Assembly: GCA_951406725.2 (NCBI GenBank)
Contig: OX597816.1
Span: 61,752,001 to 61,816,000 of the forward strand
From: Octopus vulgaris
Lineage: Eukaryota
Direction of reading: 5' to 3'
DNA length: 64,000 bases
This document shows, in pieces, positions 39,401 through 54,231 of the stretch. Each line of letters starts with the position of its first letter. The first letter of the stretch is position 1. The notes beneath the pieces are model-generated. The model had not been told where the DNA came from. It worked only from the letters and a program-made list of their open reading frames with translations, and did not search any database. The position numbers were made by a program, and so were the translations under genes.

Positions 39401-40269
39401 ATGTCGGTCATTTTTAAGATGATCTGCAAGCCTGCCAACCAGTTGGCGCCCGGTTTGCCCAATGTTGATAAAATTGCCGATGGGGTAGGAACATTGACTC
39501 CCAAATATTACTGGAGGTGCAGCGAACGAAATCCTTAATGTGGAAGTTGCAGTGATTAGGTCCAGTAAAAGTGGTGGTATTAGAAAGGAAAGAGCAGGCG
39601 TAACAGCAAGGAGGGGAGTAAAGAAGCAACCCGAGAGGGAGACGGGTTCGGGAAAGAAGCTATGTACGACAAATATCTGTACGTATCTACAATATATTCT
39701 AATCCGCTACATACATACTTGTGCACACACTCCCACGCGAACTTATTCTTTAAGAGACAAATACATATTTGTAAAGAGACACACATTCACTAATACGTGA
39801 AAATAGCTGGAATAATGAAATATAAAAGTAACAACTACCATCCTATATCACTTAAAGAAACATTTATTATTCAAGATTCAGTTCTTACAATCAAAAGAAA
39901 AAAAAAACCCAATAAGTGAGTGACACACGAAATACAATAAGTATGTGGTTCTAATGATTACCTGTAATCTGTTAAGATGATTTAAAACGAATCTAGTCAT
40001 CTTTAATCACTTGCATAATGAATAATTAATTATATTTTGTATAGATTCGTCTTTTAAGAGAGGAAAATATTTTAAAATTTAAACTTTATTTAAGACTTTA
40101 GATTTGTACTAATTCACATGATACACAGACGTCTCTTTGTTCTTATGTGAGTACGTCTTCTACAAAATTTTTCCAGGAATTGTAAAATGAAAATAACCTG
40201 TGACGACTCCAAGTGTGTGTGTGTGTGTGTGTGTGTCTATGTAAGTATGTATATATGTATGTATGTATG

Positions 40270-40337
<68 letters not shown>

Positions 40338-40340
<3 letters not shown>

Positions 40341-40499
40341 TATAATTATAAGCATAATTATAATTAGGGTTCAGCAAAAATTGCTTCACCGCATACCGAA
40401 ATTTAGAAATAGAAGTTAAATACTATTCCACTACCATAAGATATGTGGTGAAGCAATTTTTCCTGAACCCTAATTATACTTATGCTTATAATTATAGAA
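40338..40499. repeat. 58-bp inverted repeat with 46-bp spacer
   Basis: 40338-40395 versus 40442-40499, 3 mismatches. Confidence 0.9.
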
Positions 40500-40886
40500 T
40501 TTTTGTAAAAGTTTACCGATAATGGTTCTTTTAACATACCGAACTACTTGGTAAAATTATTAATTGATTAATTAATGGTACCCTTTATTATTATTGATAA
40601 TATATATATATACACATATGCATGTATGTATGTATTTATGTATATATATATATATGTATATATATATATCAAGAACAATCTTACTTAGAAATGGATGCGT
40701 GCGTTCCGTCATATAATAAATTAATAAATAAAACATATGCACACATACATACATATATGTACGTACCTACCTCTACATGTATATATACATACATACATAG
40801 GCGCAGGACACCAAAAAAAGTCGAACACAATGAGAAACGAAAACACAAACACAAAACCAAGGAACTGGACACACTCTTAAACAACG

Positions 40887-40931
<45 letters not shown>

Positions 40932-41208
40932 GAGAGAGAGAGAGAGAGAGAGACCTATATGTATGTATGTTTGTATGTATGTATCTGTCTATATAATTAT
41001 AGTACACAAATATATATGTATATATATTATATATATATGTATATCTATATGTATATATATTTGTGTGTGTTTATGTGTATACATACACACATTACCCCCC
41101 CCACACACACACACACAATAAGAGCGCACACGCACACACACAACACGCACCCACACACACGCACACATGCACATATATATATATATATATATATACATAT
41201 ACATACAT

Positions 41209-41421
41209 CGACGAGATGCTGAAAGGTTCCTCGCTTTGAGTAAAAAAAATTACAGGAGTATCACTTTCGGAGTTTATTCAACATAATTCCCTCTCGGATT
41301 CAGACACTCATTGCCGTGGTCCTTCAGTATTTCTGAGCCTAGAAAAAGATCTCGGGAAGTTGGGACACCAACCAGGACTTTCGCGGTATCTTTAAAGTCA
41401 GGAAATTCTCAGAACCCCCTG
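41209..41421 (-). mobile_element. Mariner-derived MITE (~210 bp)
   Basis: Imperfect TIRs (g.tgctgaaaggttcct.gcttt / aaagtcaggaaattctcagaacccc); internal minus-strand CLNPRGNYVE* mariner C-terminus. Confidence 0.6.
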
Positions 41422-41937
41422 GTGTGTGTGTGTGTGTGTATATATATACATACATACATATGTGTGTGTGTGTGTGTGTGTGTTTGTGAGTGTGTGTAAG
41501 AGCGCATAGGATTATGTAGTTTGAGATACCCGTAAACAGATGGGGAAACCTTTCTATCATTGGTCTTGTATATTAGCAATAGCTTGGAGCGAAACCATAC
41601 TAGTAACAAAAGCAACCTACACATTTAATAGAATTTAAAATCGCGTAGGGTTTCAAAGATTGAATGATTTTGTACAGACTTATGTAAATTGGTAGAGCTG
41701 CTAAAGATAATCTATGACAATGTACTGAAACAATGGTAAATATTGTTTTGTGATGTTCGATTATGGACTGGTCCCTTCATTATTTCATGATTATTTCTGT
41801 TTGTTTACGAATCTATTAATTTATTGTATTAGCGCTTGAAAACAACACTTCATTAATAAATTACTTTCTATATTAAAAACACACGATTACACACAAACAT
41901 ACGCATATATATATATATATATATATATACGCACACA

Positions 41938-42041
<104 letters not shown>

Positions 42042-42114
42042 CTCGAATGCACAAATACAATACATACGCTCTCATATATACAGATACACACACACACACA
42101 TATATATATATACA

Positions 42115-42174
<60 letters not shown>

Positions 42175-42984
42175 CACGTATACAGTTATATATAGGTTCA
42201 ATAATATTCTTAATCTAATAATGTCTTTGGAGTGTCAGTATTTATCTTCTAGAAATCTCCATACAGTGACCTATTGATTAAGATATTTAGAACGAAAATA
42301 ACAAAAGACATTCAGAAGACGGCATGTCTGTCTTATCTTTGAAAAAAAATTGTTCTTTGTAATTTTACTTATTTAATTATCTCCTTTCTTTTAATTTCCT
42401 TTCACGTATTCTCAAATTTTGAACAGCACGACCAGGTGCAAATAATTAAAGTATGTTGACGTTGGAAGGCCACCAGGAAAATGAATTCTTAGAAATGTGT
42501 GAAAGCTATTTGAGAAGGTGTCTCTCGAAAATACCCGTCATTATTTAATTAGGAGACTGATATTCAATGGTTAGACATTGGCATTTAAGAATTAAACACA
42601 CTAATCTTCAATAAGTGTGGTTCTATATAAACAAATGTATTGAAAAATAATCAGGTGACGAAAAGATTTCTAAGGTGATGTGCAAGAGTTTTCTTGGAGA
42701 ATAGACCGTAGCCCGTTATTCCTTTATTATTGTTAAAGGCTTCTCATTTTATTCTAATAATAAATAAATGCACGGAAATTTTTCTTCCTCTTTCATACAT
42801 TGCTGAATCAAAAGTGATATTGAATGGTAATGAGAAGTGGGTGCATGAAAGAAAGTTTTTAAAGCACAAAGAATTTAAAGAGTCATGTGAGTCCATGAGG
42901 AGAGCTCTTTACTGTACTTCCAGGAAAGGTGGTATAATAGGATTTCAAATGTTGGCGCTAGGTCAGTAATGTAAGGTGACTAGA

Positions 42985-43145
42985 TAAGTCGGTCACATCG
43001 ACACCTGTGTTCAACTAGTACTTGTTTTATTGACCATTAAAGGATGAAAGGCAAAGTCAACCTCGGTGTGATTTGAACTTAGGACTAAATGCCGCAGAGC
43101 ATTTTGCCCAGCATACTAACTATTTTGCTTGTGTGCCGCCTTTAG
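42985..43145 (-). mobile_element. SINE family 1, degenerate
   Basis: aaggatgaaaggcaaagtcaacctcgg...atttgaact...gccgcctt. Confidence 0.7.
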
Positions 43146-43189
43146 GTGGTATAATATGGATCTATTACTAAATACACTGTAACTTCCCT

Positions 43190-43420
43190 GGTTAGCACTG
43201 AGCTAAAGAATGATCAGTTAGTAGCGATGGCGAATCATGGAGAGGAATATCATAGGTACGACAAAAGCTTAGGAAAAGAAGACAAACTGCAGAGTGGAAA
43301 ACAAATCAGCCTGGGGCAGATATAATACGAAATAATCGCCGCATGATGTGAATTGTTGTAGCTAGCCTTGACTAGAAATGAGATTGGTAGACTGGATTAC
43401 ATAGTGACATCGTAGTAAAA
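43190..43420 (+). mobile_element. Decayed RTE 3' fragment
   Basis: MERNIIGTTK...ADIIR pattern typical of the RTE C-terminus. Confidence 0.35.
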
Positions 43421-43592
43421 AAAGAAATGCATATGACGCCGTGCATCCAAAGGACCCAAATATTTTCTGATGCCAGACATTTACCAATGTGCGTTGGCAT
43501 CGTGCGTAAAAAATACGACTAGAAGATGCTCAATCGTTGTGAGCTGATGAAAATTTTCTGCATGATATGGGTGTGTGTTGAGAGAATGTGTG

Positions 43593-43656
<64 letters not shown>

Positions 43657-44272
43657 AGTGAAAAAGAGAAAAGGTTAACAAACGAAAGAAGTTAGCACTG
43701 AACACATTTAGTCTCGCTGTTTTATGTATTTTATGACAGGTTGACTCAACAGAATATGTCCACGCCATCAGATGTCTGGAGTCAACATAGAACTGTGAAA
43801 GAAATTAAAAATGGCAACTGGTAGAGAATATTTAGGTCTCTGTTGGTCATTTAAGGTCAAGTGGACATTTCAGCTATCTAGCGACATCAGTTCTTTCATT
43901 AAAAAATAGATTCTTGTAGAGTGTGGAATTTCAATGAAAAGTGAAGTAACCGGTGTGGAAGTTTATGTGACTGGCAATCTTCCCGCAAGCAGCAAGCATT
44001 ATTTATACACACTGCAATTATGTGCAGCCCAGCTAGATCCATGGTGGTTTCTCTGTGTTATCCAGCGGTTATTCGAAACGAAGACCTGCATATTTATCTT
44101 TAATATGTTCCAGCAGATTCGAACGCAAATATGCTAAACGTTGTTGTATTATAACAGTGAATGTCCCCGTTTCGATTCTCGTTGGCGTATATCAATCAAC
44201 ATGCATCAGCAGTTTGTTTGCTGGAATTATAAGCAAAGTCATCGGTTTTCGTTTTGTTAGATTCGTTAGTCC

Positions 44273-44327
44273 GGGTTCTTCCAGCTGATAAGATACAACG
44301 TATCGAAACACCGGTGTTCCAGAATCC
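44273..44327 (+). ncRNA. Degenerate minimal type I hammerhead ribozyme (Penelope-type)
   Basis: CTGATAA core, stem II GATAC-aac-GTATC, GAAA, palindromic stem III ACACCGGTGT, triplet GUU, interrupted stem I gggttct/agaatcc. Confidence 0.55.
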
Positions 44328-45906
44328 TTGCAATAATTGAGTGTGTTATGAAAGCAAAGGAGAGGCTGTTCTCCAGTGATTAACCCAACAGCAACTAGCA
44401 TACCTGAGTTTGAATCAGCCGGAGTACGTTAAGAATAAATATATTAGTCATCGTATACATATTTACATATCTGTTAATATTTGTTTTTATTATATAAAGA
44501 ATATTACATGAAATTGAGTAATATCTTGACGTATTTTTTAGCTCCTTGCACTGTTAGTTCAAATGCCACCCCCATCAACTTTGCTCTACATCATCCGTTC
44601 GGTTTCAATACATCAAATATTTGACCAAGTAGATTGGTGAAATGCTCTATGCCGTCATAGTGTCCTGTGCATTCTGTGTTCAATCCCCGTCTTTTTATCA
44701 CCAGAAAGGAAACAATTTGTAACTGGGCAATCTGTAATGTACATACAAATTCATACATTGTTTCTGCTGAATTGTTACGCATTTCACATCAATGGATTTG
44801 ATGTAATGTTAGTTACTGATTCGCTGATTCGCTTGAATGTTATGAATCATATGGTTAGAGCTTGGTTTTAACCTGTAACCAATCATACTTTTTTGCCAAT
44901 TCTTTTAGATTCTATGCAACTAGAGCTCCATGGATCTGAAAAAGGCGCCAGGCTTACACTAAGCATCTTAGGCTATTTTGATTGAAAATTCTTCACTTTC
45001 ACAAGGATTCGTAATATTGATAGAAATGGTAGGCTCATAAATGATTCAGACTGTTGACAGGTGTATTTCCCGTTGTCTTTCACTAAATTATAAGCCTTTT
45101 TTCTTTGCATGAAGAGATAAAATCTAAACTCGCTTATTGAGATGTCAAAATGTACTTCATTCATATAATCCCTCTACGATATCCATTCCTAAACATAAAA
45201 CAAAAAGGCTGTTTTTTTATTTAAATTTTATGGGATCTCATAACGTTCCATAAAATACTAGACTTCCAAGTAATAGACATTTAGGACTTGGATGTTCAGT
45301 CTAAAGAATTCTTTATGAACATTGTTTCACTGCCGTACTGCAGAATATTCTGTATCTGCAGACATACAACCAATGTCGTATCTTTGTCTTGTACGCTTCC
45401 AATTCAACTTCTGTCGTCCCTAAATACGGCATTTCAATGTAGCGCTTTTTCATTTTCTCTTGCTGTATTCGTATATTACTATACTCCAGTACATTGAGCA
45501 TTGGCGAAGCGATCACATGAATGATTATAAAAAAATATTGTGATTATCAACAATTTCAGCAACAGCATTATCACTTCTTTACCTCTTTTACTTTCAGATT
45601 TAAGACAACGAGAAGAAATATTAGATTCTCCACTCCTCACGAGAATTGAGCGTATTGAGCAGTGGTACATATGTGTGGCTCGCAGTTTCCTTCCTCTTTC
45701 TGTTTTTTTTTTTACTCTTTTATTTTTCTGTCTCCTCTGTGTCTCTGCTCTAACGGAAGGAATATAGCCAAAACGAATACGCCAATCGAAAGAGAGGGGA
45801 AAAAGCGATTGTATTGATGGTAGCTGTAAAAGTTTTTGACATCTTTCAGGTTTTCTTGCTATTCATTTTTTTTTCACGTTCTCTTACTCTCTATACCTCT
45901 CCCTGT

Positions 45907-46170
45907 GGAGGCACATGGCCTATTGGTTAGAGCAGCGGACTCGCGGTCGAGAGATCGCGGGTTCGAATCTCAGACCGGGCGATGTGTGTGTTTATGAGCA
46001 AAACACCTAAAGCTCCACGCGGCTCCGGCAACTTTCTCTCACTCTTTCCTCCTGCTTCTTGCAGCTCACCTGGCACAGACTGGCGTCCCATCCAGCTGGG
46101 GAACGTATACGCCAAGGAAACCGGGAAACCGGCCCTTATGAGCCAAGCGTGGTTCGAGAAGGAACAAACA
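45907..46170 (+). mobile_element. SINE family 3 variant
   Basis: tRNA-like head tggcctattggttagagc...gggttcgaatctc; shares gactggcgtccc.tccagctggg...gaaaccggga with 26674. Confidence 0.8.
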
Positions 46171-46459
46171 AGTGTCCTCCTAAAGGATGAAATGGATACC
46201 TCTCCCTCGATAGATATAGAGAATAAGGAGCTAAGGAATGAGAGACATACCGGAAGAGATACGCTTAGATAGGCAGAACGGAACAGAAAGGAGTGATGGC
46301 CATGATGACCATGATGACCACGGTTTGAAGATTGAATCAGGGCAGTCAATAATCGATCTTTCAGCGTTCTTTTGTACTAGGTGAACGAAGATATTTTTCC
46401 TTGCCAGTTGAAATTTAGAACAAAAACAAAACCACAGACACACACACGCACACACACAA

Positions 46460-46522
<63 letters not shown>

Positions 46523-47770
46523 CAAACACATCTGTTCATGATATATCTGTAAAAGTATACACACATTTGTATATATATATATATGTGTATGTACATACAT
46601 ATACACACACATATACATATATACATTGTTCCCACCACATATATATATATATATAGGTTAGTTTTATTGATTAGAACTTTCGAATAATCCACGAGAAAAG
46701 ATTTACTGACAAATAAAAGGAATTGTTTAGATGTAGGTATGGTAGTCAAACTTAATGTGACACTTTGAAGGATTATCTGGTTATAATGAGATGGCATTAA
46801 ACAATTAATCATTCTTTTCTATGTTGTTTGAAATAGGATACGTTTAATTCCCTAACTGTGTACTTTAGTAAAAGCATGTACACGTGTGTATCTGCTTGAA
46901 TGAGATAGTATATGCTTCAGGTGTATGTGTCTGTCTATGTGTGTGCGCGCATGCGTATGTGTATTTGTGTAATCAGGATGATATGTTTCCGCAGTTCCGT
47001 CTTCGATCCCCCACCCCTGTTTTTGTCTCTTTTTATATATTCATCCCTTTCCTGTATTTGTATGTCGCTATACGAGTTAAAATGAAAGCTCAATCATCTG
47101 CTATTTTTGAAAGCGGATAAAACGCGAATTCAGATAAATTGTCCACGCTCCAGTTACTACTTCCTGAAAGAGAGAACGACCCGGAATCACCTATTCAAAC
47201 AGCTTTCACATATGTGTATGACTTCATTTCATAGATTCATAAAACTTTAATATATTGCTGCTTAATATTCCTATCGGGATGAAAACAAATTGTTGTCGAC
47301 CTCGTTATTTTTAGTCATCCTGCTGCAGTAGTTCCAGCTTCCGTGGGTTTTATTGATATTGCTGTACAGTAATTTGCTAAAAATATTAAATCTAATAAAT
47401 ATTTCATTTGGCACACGAGAGATGAACAGGAGAATGTCTATTGTCCGTCTGTCTAGGCCGTCAAGGGAAGAAGAGTGGGAGAAAGATAGATTCATTCCTT
47501 TTCGTGTTTCAGAATTCAAACTCAACTCGGTAAAATTACCACACTTTTCTCAGTAGCTTAGCTAGAGGTGAGCGAGATACATTGGATAAAAGTAACCAAG
47601 GAAGGGTATAAAATATAAAACAAAACAAAAAACGAACAAACAAACAAGAAAAAAGGCAAATAAAGCAAACAAAAAACAAAGCAAAAGAAGACGTGGTTAT
47701 GACTGGTGTGTTTCCAGAAGTCGGTTTCTTTGTTCAATACCGACTTGGGGCTAATCAATAATTACAACTA

Positions 47771-48140
47771 CTAGCAGTATCGCCCGGCGTTGCTCGGGTT
47801 TGTAAGGGAAATAACTATAAAGCATTTTTAGAGAGTTATAGCCAAAAAATGGAAAAAAATGATGGTAAATTTTTTTTAGTTAAAAAGGTCGAGTTGCGTC
47901 CCCTAGACAGCCTGTGGTTTGTGTTTCTGATTCTCAACCCCATGTCGAATTTATCGATTTTTTTTCAGAACTGGGGGAACTTTTCAAAATTTTCGCTGCG
48001 TTAGTTTTGAATTATGACATTGGGCTATGTGTGTGTCAAGTTTCATCAGAATCGGTTGAAAGCCGTGGTCAGGGTGAGGGTACAACCTAACAGACACACA
48101 GAAACACACACAGTCAAACTGCCGTTTATATATAGAGAGA
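47771..48140 (-). mobile_element. Complete non-autonomous Helitron, 370 bp
   Basis: Minus strand A|TCTCTCTATATATAA...CCCGAGCAACGCCGGG (hairpin) CGATACTG CTAG|T: canonical 5'-TC, 3' hairpin, CTAG and A|T target. Confidence 0.9.
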
Positions 48141-48597
48141 TTCCTAAGAAGGGGAAGAATCTCTGCATGTTCATTTGCTTTGCTAGGTATTGGCCCCAAA
48201 TCGTTTTAAAAGAACCAGAAAAGGCATCGGATAATGTATGTAATTTAAAGTAAACTGTTGAAAGGACGGGATGTTTACAGCTAGAATGACATTCACCATA
48301 GATTTTTCGCACTAAGGGCTGATCCGAGAGTCAACAACAAAACAACAACGATAAAGCAACAACAAAAATGACGATAGAAAATCTGCAGTTCACTGGTGGA
48401 TCATTTAGCCATTGTTGTAGTCTCTCTCGGTTATTCAATCTAAAACTAATTGAATCATATGTGATTTAGCTTCTTGTGCGTAACTTACTCGTTTTATGGG
48501 CCTTTATAATAAAATGCAATTGTTTAGAATAATATACCATTATAGGAGCCAGAGAGATACGACTATTATGTAGTCGAAAGAACATTTTCCTCTATCC

Positions 48598-48743
<146 letters not shown>

Positions 48744-49064
48744 TTTTCGATCCTGCTATTTTCCATGCATATAAATGCGTTCCGAAATATAGCTGGACTT
48801 TAGTTTTGAAGCTCTGGCGAAGCTCTAAGTTGAGACACAATCACTCATCAATGAGTGCAATGAAACTTACAGCAGAAACAGTTGTAAGCCGATGAAGTTC
48901 ATTACATAATTTCTCGTTCTCTTGTTCATTTATATCATCTATTACACACAGACACACACACATTCACATATGTATGTATATTTGTATGTATGTATGTATG
49001 TATGTTTGTATGTATGTATGTATGTATGTATGTATGTATGTATGTATGTATGTATGTGTATATA

Positions 49065-49100
<36 letters not shown>

Positions 49101-49555
49101 TGTATGTATGTATGTATGTATGTATGTATGTATGTATATACAAACGTGTACATTCACACACAGGGAAATACACGTGAAATGGAGCATCGGGCATGATTCC
49201 TTGCAATATTTGTTCCAGCTTTCTGCGTTCTCGGTTCAAATCCTGTCAGTTAAATAGAGTAATGAAATAATTAGAGCGTCGAACAAGATGCCAAGTGATA
49301 TTTGTTCCAGGATTTTGCGTTCTAAACTCAAATTATCCACTTTACTGGAGCCCCCACCGCGGGTGAGATCATTAGGTGATGCTGACATCGAGTTCAAATG
49401 GAAATTATAGAACACATATGAAAATCCAATTCACTCTCAAAAACTAATGTGGTGTGAATACCGCCGGAGAGTGATGGCAGATTAATATACATATGTGCGT
49501 ACTTACATAGATACACACATTCATACATATACACATATACACACACACATGTATG

Positions 49556-49604
<49 letters not shown>

Positions 49605-50059
49605 TATCTATATATATACGTATATATATATATGTACATATATGAATTTATACATACATGCATATGTATATAAATATATAAGTTTATACATACATGCATG
49701 TATATATTATTGATATACATATATAGATGCCCCGCCACCGTGTGCACAGTATCTAGACATACATTTAAAGTCATAAGTTTAAATTATCTATGAACGTGTT
49801 TGCAAGTCTGTGTGCGTACATTTACCTGTGCGTGTACATGTCAGTATGTGTGAATGTGTGTGTGCGTGCGTGTGTGTGTGTGTATGTGTGCGTGTGTGCG
49901 TATGTTCTGTGGCTGTGAATGTGAGCGTGCATGTGTACATGTGTATGCATATATATATAGATTAGTTATGACTCAATGCAGTTAAGAACAACCCATCATT
50001 CAACATTTTAGACACTGGTTGCATACTGAGAGCAGCCGTCTTCTCTAAAGCCATCTTTG

Positions 50060-50104
<45 letters not shown>

Positions 50105-50110
50105 TATACA

Positions 50111-50142
<32 letters not shown>

Positions 50143-50172
50143 CACATATACGTATATATATATAACATATAC

Positions 50173-50207
<35 letters not shown>

Positions 50208-50325
50208 CATACATATATATATACATATATTTACATACATATATATATATGTATGTAAATATATATATATATATATATACATTTACATACATATATATAT
50301 ATATGTATGTACATACATATATATA

Positions 50326-50373
<48 letters not shown>

Positions 50374-50450
50374 CATACATATATATGTACATACATATAT
50401 ATATATATATGTAAGTATATAGATAAGTATATATATTAATAATATATGTA

Positions 50451-50496
<46 letters not shown>

Positions 50497-51485
50497 TGTA
50501 TATATACATACTTACACACACACACTCACACACACACATATATATATATATTACCTCCCTTGCAGTGTTGTGCTCAACACACACACACACACACGCACGC
50601 ACACACACACGTACTCACACTTGCTCACACATACTCCCAAACAGACAAACACTCAATATATGCACAGCTGCATCCTAACACCAACCGTTTTAATCTGATT
50701 AGAATCAGACAGGAGAGGGTGTAAGTCCGCCATTACCTTCCCCTGTCTGTTATATGATAGCGTTATTCATCATACATATTAGTTATGCGAACATGGCGTA
50801 TTTCCTATTCTCACAGCTATTAGGCTCCGTTTTACAGACCGCCTTCTCCACCAAATACTTGTAGCTAACTGTTGTAAAGAAAATATAGCAACTCTTTGAT
50901 GGCTATATTTTATTTATATAAATAGATGTCTCTAAAGCACTGTGTTTTTCCCCTATAAGTGTGCGTGTATATGTAGTGTAAACTTGTGTCAAATTTTCAA
51001 GTTAAAGGTAGTCGTAATGTTATAGCGAGCTTTTGCTTATTGTATTAAATATAACAAGCTAGGAGTGACGGCGTTGGTGTGGGTGTTAATGATTAAGATG
51101 TATAACCTAGGAAGTGCTGACATTGAATGAAACTTGGCACTATGAAACATATTGTTTACGCACACTCTCACACACACACTTGTACGAATGAGTCTTGTAT
51201 ATGGTCAATGAACTTGTTAAAAAAAAAAAAAACGCCAGCCAGATCTTTCTCAGAACGCATTTAGAAAGCAACAGAAGAAAGAACATCTTGGAAAATGTAA
51301 CCACAGATTCAGTGTGAATGAGGAGGAAAGAAGAGGGGTTAGTCATTAATGAAATGTCTTTGACGATGGGTTTGTTGAAGTAGGTCTGAGCTCATGATGA
51401 ACAGTAGTATAATGATCATGGACGACCACAACAACTTGAAGAAAAATCGAAAAACTATAATAGACGCAGGCATGTCTATAGTCGT

Positions 51486-51660
51486 AGGCATTGCTCTGTT
51501 GTAAGGAGCTTGCTTTCCAACCACATGACACGGGGTTCAATCCCACTGCGTGGCACATTGAGCTAGTGTCTTCTATAGCCTCGGTCCGATTCAATGGGTT
51601 TGATAGACGGGTTGTGAGTAGGTTTGGTAGACAGAAACTGAAAGAAACCCTATCGTGTGC
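51486..51660 (+). mobile_element. SINE family 2, 5' half, degenerate
   Basis: gcttgctttccaaccacatg...gggttcaatcccactgcgtggcac...tttggtagac.gaaactgaaagaa. Confidence 0.7.
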
Positions 51661-52808
51661 GTGTGTGTCCTCCATGTACTTGAAGTATAGAGCGAAGGTA
51701 TGTCATTGATGAAGTCACTAATGTCGACAAAAGAACTCTGACGAACCTAATCGATTGACTACTTGATCGAACGATTAATCAAAGAGTCGATTAGTTAATT
51801 GGTTAAATGCTCAACAAGTTTTCAAATAACGGTAATAAAGAGAAACAGAACAAGGGAATCTGTTTATTATTTGGCATAGCAACCCTCCCAAGATTCAACA
51901 GAATCTGTTCCAACATACGATTTCACATAAGTAACGTTGCAATCCAACCGCAAAATCGAAATATAAACAATCTTATTGAGAAAAAAGTGCACGCATACTT
52001 CTAGTTTGTTCGATTGCCGAACGCGTTATGTTCTGTGAAGCTAGAATTAATTTCTTTCATAAGATTAATATTTAAATACATGCATCATGAATTCTGCTCG
52101 AAGTTGTTATAATAATATTATTCCTCCATGCAACGTTGATATATTACTAAAACAGTATACAATGCTATCCGTAGAAAATTATATACAATGCCATCAGTCA
52201 AACGGTAGAAAAGGTCTCTAGGTTGCTCTGGGATAAATGTGAATAAAATATTATCTGATGTTGATCATATTCATAGAATGAAACACAAAGAATGTTGTTT
52301 GATTATTCGTACCAAAACTTCTGACAAGCACAAACGAAACACAAATTCTGGGGCAAAAAGGAATGTACTGTTATTATAGGTCAACCGCTCAGCGAACGTT
52401 AGCATTTATTTGAAAACCCTAAGAAATAGAATATTTATATACCACTGCTTTGAAATTTTACAGCTTCTCTATCCATATTATAATTGGTTGTTTTCAATCC
52501 GGTTATGTTCTTAAGAGTCAAAACAGTAATATCTTGTAAAGAAAGAGATCAAACTAGCATACACTCTGCAATTTGAATGTGTAAGTGGAATAGTGATAAT
52601 ATGCAAGGCTTCACTCTATTCAGCATGCAGCTCTTTCATTGTGGCTGTGATATAAATTCTATCGATTGATCTTTGTTTCTCAGAAGAAGCTGATCCTTTC
52701 TTTATAGAAAGATTTGAAGAATTCAAACGAATTAAAAACAAGTATGCATGCAATCATGCATATGTGTATGCATAGGTACATAAGAGCATAAATGCGCGCA
52801 TACTCATG

Positions 52809-52864
<56 letters not shown>

Positions 52865-52872
52865 AACACATA

Positions 52873-52938
<66 letters not shown>

Positions 52939-53525
52939 TATGCAAATATACATGGATATCCATGCAAACGTTCTTATATATGTCCATATGCAATCATAAA
53001 TACACATACTTAATCAGATATTCATAAAAACATACACGCATGAACATACATATGTATAGATGATCAGAGTAGGTATACAAACATACCTTTTCGATGAACG
53101 CCGCATAGGGGATAATAAAAGGTGTAAGACCGTCTTAAAATTCAAAGGGTGGATCGTTGTGCAAAAGATTACGGAAAGAAAAAAATCCGCACTTATTTTG
53201 TATTTCGTTCATCCATAACCTTATTACAAAGCAGGGGATCGACTAAATTAAAGTTCAAAATTTCGGTTTCAATCGCAGTTTGTATATAGGGTTTTCTCTA
53301 GGTATGCAGCTATATGTATGAATATGCATAAGTCAAACAAACAGATATGCACATGCACACGGAAAACTTGCACACATACACATACATGCCCAACTGCTCT
53401 GTGTATGTTGTCGAAATTCCAGTGACGGTGCTTTGCATCTGTGTAGGAGGCTGGATCTTTCTCCATTGAGAAAGAATTTGGAAAGAAAATATTGGCAAAA
53501 ACTAATAACTAAATAATAGCATAGC

Positions 53526-54230
53526 TACCTACCTACCTACCTACCTACCTACCTACCTACCTACCTACCTACCTACCTACCTACCTACCTACCTACCTAC
53601 CTACCTACCTACCTACCTACCTATCTACCTACCTACCTACCTACCTACCTACCTACCTACCTACCTACCTACCTACCTACCTACCTACCTACCTACCTAC
53701 CTACCTACCTACCTACCTACCTTCCTACCTATCTACTTACCTACCTACCCTCAACAAACCTACCTACCTACCAACCTACCTACCTACCTACCTACCTACC
53801 TACCTACCTACCTACCTACCTACCTACCTACATACATACATACTTACCTACCTACCTAGCTACCTACCTATCTACCTACCTACCTACCTACCTACCTACC
53901 TACCTACCTACCTACATACCTACTTACCTACCTACCTACCAACCTACCTACCAACCTACCTTCCTACCTACCTACCTACCTACCTACCTACCTACTTACC
54001 TACCTACCTACATACCTACCTACTTACCTACCGACCTACCTATCTATCTACCTACCTACCTACCTACCTACCTACCTACCTACCTACCTACCTACCAACC
54101 TACCTCCATACCTACCTACCCATCTACCAGCATATCTACCTACCTACCCATCTATCGGCATACGTACCAATCAACCAACCTACCTACCTACCTATCTGCC
54201 TACCTACCTACCTACCTACATAGATACATA
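53526..54230. repeat. ~700-bp (CCTA)n satellite grading into (CATA)
   Basis: Direct inspection. Confidence 0.95.
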
Positions 54231-54231
54231 C

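Noticed and set aside
45597-45663. Possible plus-strand internal exon (LRQREEILDSPLLTRIERIEQW) after tttcag
   Set aside because: Weak donor (gtacat), no recognisable homology and no partner exons
45907-45980. tRNA-like sequence, also the heads at 26674, 17071 and 59377
   Set aside because: A- and B-boxes continue into SINE bodies and no complete cloverleaf is evident
53526-54230. Telomeric repeat
   Set aside because: The unit is CCTA/TAGG, not TTAGGG or TTAGG
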